Source of the DNA: Hormiphora californensis
Lineage: Eukaryota; Animalia; Ctenophora
Assembly (NCBI GenBank): GCA_020137815.1
Contig: CM035358.1
Coordinates: 4,774,001-4,838,000, forward strand
Reading direction: 5' to 3'
DNA: 64,000 nucleotides
Shown here: one piece after another, positions 55,801 through 64,000 of the stretch
Layout: each line of letters starts with the position of its first letter
Numbering within the stretch: the stretch's first letter is position 1
Program-made: the position numbers and the translations under genes
Notes under the pieces: model-generated
The model's database searches: none
The model's input: the letters and a program-made list of their open reading frames with translations, nothing else
What the model was told of the DNA's origin: nothing

Positions 55801-57557
55801 TGAGGGCCAAAAGAGAGATGCAGTGTGTGTTTGTGCACCTTGTAACTGTTTAGAATTGTTCAATTGTGTTAGCTGTAGAATTGTTTTATTGTGTACCCTG
55901 TACTTGTGTGAGCTGTTGTCAATTTTCAAGTGAGCCGTTTCCAGTTGTTTAGTGAACTTGGTGTTGTGACCTGTTTTTTAAGTTGTCTAATTGCTGCCAC
56001 AGTTGTTCACGTATTTGCTGTCTGGCGGCACCGACCCGATCTGAGTGCACTGTCGAAACAGGGTCTGACGGTGTTCTTGTACGTGTGTCTGCTTCATATA
56101 TTCAGATCCGTGATTGGATCTGATACTGAGTGTGTGTAAAGCGTGTGAGTGTGCTGATTAATACCCCTGATTTCTTTATCATCCTCTGATACCCTATTTT
56201 ATCTTCTCTCTCTCTCTCTCTTTTTCTTTGCGTTTGTGCGTATGTATCTCAAAAGCATTGGTCGAAATCTTTCCATCGGTTTTTCTAAAACTTTTCCATG
56301 CCCAACAAATTATTTCAGAACTGACTGACTCTTAGATATGTTAATATAACTGTATACAAAATTATAATAGCCCCTCTCACCTAGGTTGCACAAAGTACAA
56401 TAAAGTTGGTTGCCACGAACCTCATAGCCAACGACCATGTGTTGGAGGGTTGCCAGCTATTGTGTCTGATCAAGAAGTCTAGTGATGCGTGCAGGTTAGA
56501 GAGGGGGTCTGGATGGAATGGGATAAATGGAGGGGGATGGGGATCTGAAATGGGGGTGGGATGAAACGAGACATCTGAAATTGAGGGGATCTGTTGGTAT
56601 CGAAGACACCTCACCTTCGCGCGCGCTGGCAAGGGGTAACTTCGTAACCAAGGGGATCTGGGGGGAATGGAAAGGGAAATCGGAGATTAGGCGAGGAGGG
56701 TCATGTCGATTCCTCACAAACAAACTGGATCGCGACAAGTCCAGAAGATTTACCTATCCCTCAGATACATGCAGAATTTCCATAATTATAAGGAGGCTAT
56801 TTGGCTGGCAAAGGTTTCCCTCTCCCCCGAAGAATATGTCGAGGTAGGCAACACTGATAACTCATTTTTCAACTGATAACCAATTTTACAGCTCATTTTA
56901 CTCACCCTACTTAAACACTAATTAACTAACTACTTAATACACTAACTAAAACGATTAATTAAGTGTTCGTGTTACTAGCATCCCGTTTTCCGTGTCCCTT
57001 TCTCTCCTAAGATTCCCATTCTTTCAGGCTATGAAGAGCTACATAGACTACCTGGTTAACCGTGCATCACGACACCAGGCCATCCTCCTGGCCATCTCCC
57101 TGGGTCTATTTGAGAGGGCTGCCGACCTTTTGTTGTCTACCAAACTCGTCACGGTTAGTGCATATTTTCTAACCATCCTGCCTGTCTTGGTGCTGGGGTC
57201 TTCTTGTCTCACAATAGACTGCGATTCCTGTGATTCCCCGTTCTTACTACTGTGATTCTTAGTTCTAATATAGGGAATATAATTCTGATTCTGTACTACC
57301 CCCTCTGGAAATCCCCAAATGATTCCCATGGTTGTCACACTACTTCCCCTCTTCAGATAGCAGCACCACTAGTGGAAGCATGTATAGAGAACGGCAAATG
57401 GCCGGAGAGCGCCACGGACACAAAAGACAGGGTCTTTGTCGAGTACGCCAAGTATATGGTATCGTTGAATAACATTGAGGGAGCCATGTGGTATTGTGAG
57501 CGGGCCGGGGAGAAGGGTGCACAGTTGGGTGGGGAGTTGAAACTGTGTGCTAGTTAG
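46852..57557 (+). CDS. WDR11: WD repeat-containing protein 11, >20 exons
   Basis: N-terminus PRSIPGPLSPQNIGALAWGPYGLLAYGSQ..LASSDKSGRVIVWD; KMCPPLSARNSHFYKPLLALGTSSG; KDRPFELWDL..FPPVTALEWSP; QSTIKLVATNLIAN..QLLCLI..DACRYMQ..AIWLAK; C-terminus WYCERAGEKG. All match WDR11 motifs as I recall them, in order. Confidence 0.95.
47082..47190 (-). mobile_element. 109-bp hAT-type MITE, copy 6 (reverse orientation)
   Basis: 8-bp TSD GCTTGAAC; in WDR11 intron 1. Confidence 0.92.
48205..48398. repeat. 18-bp minisatellite x~10 of overlapping CRE/E-box palindromes, followed by an X-box
   Basis: Unit GTAGTTGTGACGTCACGT starts just after the donor at 48201; GTTTCCATGGTAAC at 48385-48398. Confidence 0.9.
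51915..52925. repeat. Three short related elements ending GAGGGTTAGAACATA (about 51915-51973, 52591-52645, 52883-52925)
   Basis: Shared right end and partly complementary left ends (CTAACC/ACCCT); piggyBac-like CCC..GGG mini-elements possible. Confidence 0.45.
55292..55412. repeat. X-box-containing tandem repeat directly after a WDR11 donor
   Basis: GTTACCATGGTAAC at 55292 and 55324, variants near 55355 and 55397. Confidence 0.8.
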
Positions 57558-57865
57558 TAGTGAGGAGAGTTGGGCAGTTCTATTACCCGGGGTGCGGTGA
57601 GAGAGCAAGACAAGTGAGGAGAGTGACGGTGAGATGCAGTTGTGTATCGTGAGAGGAAGCTGTGTTTGGGTGCGTGGGAATGATGATTGATGTGTGACAT
57701 GTGAGAGGGTATTGTCATATGTAAGACAGAGGGAAACGCATGTGTAAACTGGACTAAGTACTATGACAAACTGACAAACGATGCTGTATGACAAACTCAT
57801 GTTGACAAAGTTATTGTTCTGCTATATATCAGAGTGGTCTAGTGAATCAGACTGCAACTTGAAGT

Positions 57866-57948
57866 GACTGGTTAATTAAGTTAATTGACTGATTAATTAA
57901 GTTAAGTGACTGATTAATTAAGTTAAGTGACTGATTAATTAAGTTAAA
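57866..57948. repeat. 21-bp repeat x4 containing TTAATTAA, downstream of the WDR11 stop
   Basis: GACTGATTAATTAAGTTAAGT units. Confidence 0.85.
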
Positions 57949-58588
57949 TTACATGTAATAAGGTGTTTTTGTGTGCACGTGAGACAATAATTTAATGTGT
58001 TTGTGTACTTGATAATGTTAATGAGATCCAATTTATGTTAACCCGGTTATCTTCCCATGTTAACCCTGCCCCGTTATCTTCCCTCCCCATAGCAATCTTC
58101 CATGTCCCTCTCCAACATATGTTACCCCCCCCCCCCACTCCGCTTTCTTCCCCACTCCCCACATTCTTTTTCCTTCCATTTCCCTCCGCTATTTCACACA
58201 ATTGTGTCCTGTTCTAGAGTACCCATGATAGCACGCACGATCAATACAACCATGTGCAGTATCATCAGATCCCCTCTCTTATTGAATGAATTGAGAGGGG
58301 ACATGATAGTATTCATTCAGCACCATGTATAGTATACATTACCATGCAATACTAATTCATTGCCCTCTGAGCATGCTCAGCAGTATACATTCATTAGAGG
58401 GGGGGGGCAAGGAAACTCGTCAAATTTTAGTGGAAGACAAGAGAGTGATTGTGAGGCGTGTAGTGTATGATAAAAATAGAAATGGGGGAACATGCCACTC
58501 GAACGAGGATCCGAAAATCGAAATTAAGAAAAAAAGTTTACCACTTGGCTTCTGAATAGCGTGTATTCGTGAGTTATGTGATATGAAG

Positions 58589-58634
58589 GTTGCCATGGTA
58601 ACCGCTTTGTTGCATTCCTTGTTACCATGGTAAC
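58589..58634. promoter_or_regulatory. Pair of RFX X-box consensus palindromes
   Basis: GTTGCCATGGTAAC (58589-58602) and GTTACCATGGTAAC (58621-58634); motif match only, function untested. Confidence 0.4.
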
Positions 58635-59109
58635 AGGGGTTTGGTGACAGGGTACATAGTTCCAAGCACTTCCATTTCCAATAACAACACACTCTCATTC
58701 TGATGAGATTTATTACTGCAAGATAAGAAGCCACCTCTTGGCAAGCATTTTAAGCTCCGCTCTAAGAAGCACATTTTAGTGCCAGGAGAGTGAGAGGGGC
58801 TCCTCCTTAACAAGTTTTGACCACAACAAGACGAAGCATCATAACTTTCTCTTTCCATTTCGTTTCTGACTTACTGTTTTTAAAATCTCTACTTCTCTGA
58901 ACCACTCACAGGAGCATGGAGCACTGGTCCATGGCAAAATAACAAGAAATATATGCTTTCTCGGATAAACAATCATGCAGAAATAACTTTTTAGAATGTT
59001 CGAAATAATTAAAATCCCCTCTAAACATGATTCACTGTTTTCACACCAACCACAAACGGACAAAATCTTCGTATTCATGGTGCCACAAACGGACATGGTG
59101 TTTACGGTT

Positions 59110-59963
59110 TCATTCTTGGCTTGTGAAGAATCTGTTAAGATTTATCACACGGCAATTGTCCCTGACAGCTGAAAACCTCCTTGGCTCTGAGAATCTCAAA
59201 AATACTCCCTTCTTACTTTTCTCCAAAAGTTCCTCCCTTCTCGTCTCCTCCTCCATCGCCTCCCTATCCCGGCGTGTTTGATATGGTGTCAGTGGTTTAC
59301 CTGGGGAACACAGATATTGCTTTGTAATCTCGGATAGAAACAATCCTTGTGTTTCAGTAGTACCTGGTCCGTGGTAGTAGGGTTTTACGACCTGCTCATG
59401 CCGGCCTCGCTCCATGAACAGCAAACACTTGTTCAGACGATCAGTTAGATGCTCATCAGTACGTTCTACATTCCGTACTTTCACTTCCATCGTTGCCTGG
59501 CAACACACATAATTCAGTGGTAATTTGATATGCCCATATTTGGTGTTGTTGATCACGTGATATGGCCATATTTGGTGTTGTTGAAAATATTTAGTGTGAA
59601 ACCTACCTGAAAATGGTGGGATAGTTTGTTGTTTCGATCTGTGTCCCTATTGATCAACTTTTGGTTATGCTTTAAGCTCTCGCTTAGCAGTACGTTATTC
59701 CTCAGGGCTTGCTGTAACGATGGAGGTTTGTTTTAGAGTTCCAGTAATTTTGATTCATGACAAGATTGAAGATTCAATCCCTAGTCCCTTACACCTCATT
59801 GGCCTTCGCTTGTTGTTAAGCCATTATAATATGGAGATAAACATCTTCTTACATGAAAGGAGTACAGTTTCGCTTTTCGTTTCCGTTTCTCGTTTAGCAA
59901 TCTCAACTTATCCTTCTGATCCACCTGCTGTTTCTGATCAGCAGGAGCAGCCCCCTTCTTCAT
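59110..59963 (-). CDS. Orphan 200-aa basic, coiled-coil-like protein; 3 exons (59963-59853, 59711-59607, 59496-59110)
   Basis: Phase-0 GT-AG introns (CAT|GTAAGA, TTACAG|CAA, CAG|GTAGGT, TGCCAG|GCA) join MKKGAAPADQ...KLYSFH / QALRNN...SHHFQ / ATMEVKVR...FFTSQE without stops. Confidence 0.75.
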
Positions 59964-60444
59964 ATTCCAACCAATTATTTTTGGACAAACTCAAACTCAG
60001 CGATATGTGTGGTTTTGAAGAAAGTACTGGTAAAAGAAGATGAGACTCTACATAGTCATCAAAAAACGACAAACAGAGATAAATATCCCGGAATAAAGAT
60101 TCTGCTCTCACACAAAAACAATATGTACGAGTATAACGTTCTAAAAAGCTGTACAGTTAGAGATGAAATGAGTGGGCTTCTCACAATGTGATCACGTGAC
60201 CTACATCACGTGACCAGCGTCAAAGCTCTCGCAGAAATGGCATGCAAGCTCTGTGCATCCTATAGAGAGAGGGATCTGTATGTTGCAAAGTTATTAAACT
60301 CTTTTAAACAGATCACGGGTTCCATTAAGAGAGACTGTCCTACTGCGTGCAGACACAACAATTCCTTACAAAGAGAACACTGAGCTATTCATTTACAAAC
60401 TGTTCAAACTAATTTTGTCCCCAAAACATAATTTATTGTCATTT

Positions 60445-61936
60445 TCATTCCTCGTCATCCCCTTCCTCTTCCTCTTCTTCCTCCTCCTCAGCCTCTTCTT
60501 CGGCCTCTTCTTCCTCAGCTTCTTCCTCTTCAGCCTCTTCCTCTGCTTCGGCTTCCGGCTCTGCTTCTTCTTCCGCTTCGGCCTCAGCTTCCGGTTCAGC
60601 CTCAGCTTCTCCTTCGGCGCCTTCCTCGGCGGCAGCTTCCTCGCCCTCTGCAGCGGCCTCTCCTTCGGCGGCGGCTTCCTCACCTTCGGCGGCAGCTTCT
60701 CCTTCAGCGGCGGCTTCCTCGCCTTCTGCAGCGGCCTCTCCTTCTGCTGGCGTTTCACCCTCAGCGGGGGTTTCACCCTCAGCCGGCGTTTCACCCTCAG
60801 CGGGGGTCTCACCATCTACTGGTGCTGCTTCCCCTTCAGCTGGCTCAACAGGAGGTGCATCAGGTTCTCCATCAACAGGAGCTGCCTGCTGTATAATGGT
60901 CGTCTGGTTGATAATCGTGGTCTCGTTGTTAGTTATTATCACCGCATCCGGGTCATCACTATGGCAATCCTCCCAACTGGAAACCGAGAACTCGATACTG
61001 ATAGAGATACCGTCAGAGTTGTGGGACCTCCTCCTCTTCTTCTTTTTTACCTGGAAAGGGAGAATAGGGGTTACCATGGAGATAAAACCTTAGGTGACCT
61101 AGACTCTCCAAATTTATTGGTTTCACAGTTTTAACTTTTAGCCTTTCGCCGGTGAAGGTTACTGTAACTGCCCGTAATATTATGCTGTGAACCTCGACAG
61201 TCGACATAACAGCCGATTCCTCCAGTCACCTAATTTCTACAAAATTTTATCGCTGAGTCCATAACTACGGACTCAAAGACTACTCCATCACTAAGGAGTC
61301 CAGGACTACTACGGAGTCCAATATACTACTCTATGGTTACCCTTTTTTGTTTTCTAGGTCTCTCCATCGCATAAGGATCATCACTGTCACAATCTTCCCA
61401 ACTGGATACTGAATACTCCATACTGATCGAGATCCCATCGGAGTTCTTACACCTCCCCTTCTTCTTCTTTTTAACCTGGCATTTTACACACGGGGAGGTC
61501 ATATGCAGCAGCTCTGGTACTATCATCAGCGAGATGCGAATTGAAATGTTTCATCATCCGATGGTAGCAACTTCCAGTGGCTGTAGTTTATAGTAGTAAT
61601 CCGTCATTCAGATTTTTCAGCGTTGATTATATTCAGCATCCAGTAGGGGATTGGATTGTGAAGCAACAATCCTCATGCGTTTAATGAAAAAGGACGTGAC
61701 TATGCTATTTTATGTTTAGCCCTTTAGGGTATAGTAATTTCAACTCCAATAAAGCCGTACGCCCGCGTATTAATCAAGTTCACTAGCAAGTGGATTCTAG
61801 TACAATCATAATGTCAATCGCGGCTTACCTTCTTCTGTTTCTTTGGTTTACAGGGGGCCGGTTCATGGTAATCTCCCTGGACACCTGGGTGCCCGTGGTG
61901 GACCTGAGCGTGGGGGTCTGAACTGCAGTTACCCAT
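60445..61936 (-). CDS. 282-aa predicted myristoylated/palmitoylated, polybasic, Ala/Glu-rich disordered protein; 3 coding exons (61936-61829, 61475-61341, 61050-60445)
   Basis: MGNCSSDPHA...KPKKQKK | VKKKKKGRCKNSDGISISMEYSVSSWEDCDSDDPYAMERPRKQKR | VKKKKRRRSHNSDGISISIEFSVSSWEDCHSDDPDA...(AEGETP)n(AEGEEAA)n...poly-E. Both introns phase 0, GT-AG. Confidence 0.85.
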
Positions 61937-62603
61937 CACTTATCAATGCTGCTGGGTGTTCCTTCTTTTTGTGTGTTTTACTGGTTGGATCGTAGTTGTA
62001 GAAGTGGCCAATTCTTGTCTTACTCTAACATTATGTGATCCTAGAAAGAAATGATACTGGTGAATACGGTAAAAGAGTACTTCAAAGTTAGGTTAGAGAC
62101 ATGCATTGAAAAACCAAGAAGCAAGAAAGGCACAATAAAATGTTTCTTGTCAAGCACCAAGAAAATAAAGAAGAATTAAAGCGACAGAATGAAGCACATA
62201 TTATTCGTGGGAAAGGCACTACACAGATCACAGATGTCAGATATTTCTCACTGTTTCACTCCCTCCTCTGCATCTTTTTTTGCACGTACGAAGCTTGGAA
62301 GAGAGGGAGAGAGAGAGGGAGAGAAGGACTCCCTTAGGGAGGGAGGTGCCTGGAAGGGGTCATTTATGAGCTACGTTCAACTTATGCATGAGAGAGAGGG
62401 AACATGAAGAGAGTTGAACTGACACACTACAAGCTAAGTTGTACAAGTATATAAGGGGGGAAGGTGTAGCGTGTAGTAGTTAGCAAGTGCTTGTGCTTTC
62501 CCTTCTCTTTTTAGTTGTTACATGCAGAGACGAGAGAAAATCAAACGAAGCTCAAATGGAAAGCTGCGTGTTGAAACAAAGGAATGCCAGAAAGCAGAAC
62601 AGT

Positions 62604-62699
<96 letters not shown>

Positions 62700-63355
62700 C
62701 CTCCCAGAAGTGTCAATGAAGTACTTCACCAAATGCGCATATAATATTCTGACTATCCAGGAGTAGTGCTAATGCATTATAGAACACACATGTACGTGTG
62801 GGTTTTAGAGTAGCCAATAATAATGGATAAATACGGAAAATTATCCCAAACAAGAGTTGCCTCACCAAACAAGAGGAAATTGCGAGAGAATTGCGAGAGC
62901 TGTTAAGTATCCGTGTTGTAAGAGCTGGTGAAGTGCGAAAATAAATGGTGAGAGTACAAGAGAATTATAACAAGAAAATAAAAGATGACTGTGAGTTTCT
63001 CAAAGTCATTGATTAAAAAACCTGATGACGTGCGAGCGAAGGAATAGAAACTAAAAAAAGATTTATCTGGTTTAATGCTATCATTTTGTATCCTTTTCTC
63101 TCCTTCCCTCGAACTAGCTCAGAGTTACCATGACAACGGACAAACATAATACTACAAAATGGACTGTTATAATGGACGCATCGCCATAGCAACGCACTCC
63201 GAAGACAGTGAAATGATATACCCCAAGTCGTTTCCCTTCCCAGCTACCTCCACAGATGGAATTAAGAGCTAGCATGGGTGACGTGAAGGAGATTGTGAGA
63301 GAGAGATAGAGGGAGGGATAGAGAGAGAGATAGAGAGTCAGAGAGAGGGAGGGAT

Positions 63356-63412
<57 letters not shown>

Positions 63413-63466
63413 TATAGAGAGATATAGAGAGTGAGAGAGAGGGAGGGATAGAGAGAGAAAGAGAAG

Positions 63467-63541
<75 letters not shown>

Positions 63542-64000
63542 AGTTGGTCCACCTGCCACCACCTCCAATCGGTTTCCCCCGGGCAACGGGGTCACACGGA
63601 GTACCTTTTTCCCCATCCCCTTTTCCCCCTGTTCGATTTCCAGGTCCGTGTGGCCGCGGCTGAGCGTGGCTGTGTATTATAAATACGGAAAAAAATCAAA
63701 AAAGACAAAACCCAAAAACATCTTCTTGGCTAGGTGGCCCACAGTGTAACGACGCCAACTATTACGTTCCTACCCCGCCTTCTCCGGCTCAGGGTTACCA
63801 GTGGAACAGGCATCTTCCAGCCAACTGTGGACCCCCAATGCCCCTTTATCTACTAACCCACTAACCAATCCTGTTTTTTTCCTACTAACCCCCTAACCAG
63901 ATTCATTAGTAGAGCCCCGCTCCGGGGAGGATAGACTATCCCGGTCCAGAGAAGATTGATTACCCAGTTCCAGAGAGGAAAGATAGCCCCGTTCCGGAGA

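Noticed and set aside
59796-59852. PYYNGLTTSEGQ resembling PYYHGPGTTETQ in the orphan gene
   Set aside because: Lies downstream of a strong GTAAGA donor, so it is intronic; treated as coincidence.
60393-61134. Alternative-frame Lys/Arg-rich and antisense Phe/Leu-rich ORFs
   Set aside because: Shadows of the Glu/Ala-rich exon, whose frame is fixed by the splice phase.

Overview
Eukaryotic (animal) genomic DNA: intron-rich, with long AG/CT microsatellites. The repeat style suggests a ctenophore (Pleurobrachia-like), but this is an impression and unverified. Genes assembled by hand from GT-AG exons: a divergent alpha-tubulin (-), a DEG/ENaC channel (+), an intronless SLC35A/senju-like nucleotide-sugar transporter (+), an Ig-FN3 tandem-domain receptor tyrosine phosphatase (+), a GPI-type Ig-Ig-FN3-Ig adhesion protein (-), the 3' end of a kelch-repeat gene (+), WDR11 (+), an orphan 200-aa basic/coiled-coil gene (-) and a 282-aa MGNCSS-initiated polybasic plus Ala/Glu-acidic protein with a MARCKS/GAP-43/BASP1-like design (-). 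A 109-bp hAT-type MITE occurs six times. The most striking unexplained patterns: (1) intron-edge minisatellites built from palindromic transcription-factor motifs (RFX X-box GTTACCATGGTAAC, CRE/E-box TGACGTCACGTG); (2) repeated tandem duplication of splice sites and branch-point regions; (3) the lipid-anchored acidic protein. Some segments look like low-quality assembly, so the missing PTP transmembrane exon and the PTP frameshifts may be artefacts. All exon calls were made by eye and no searches were run.
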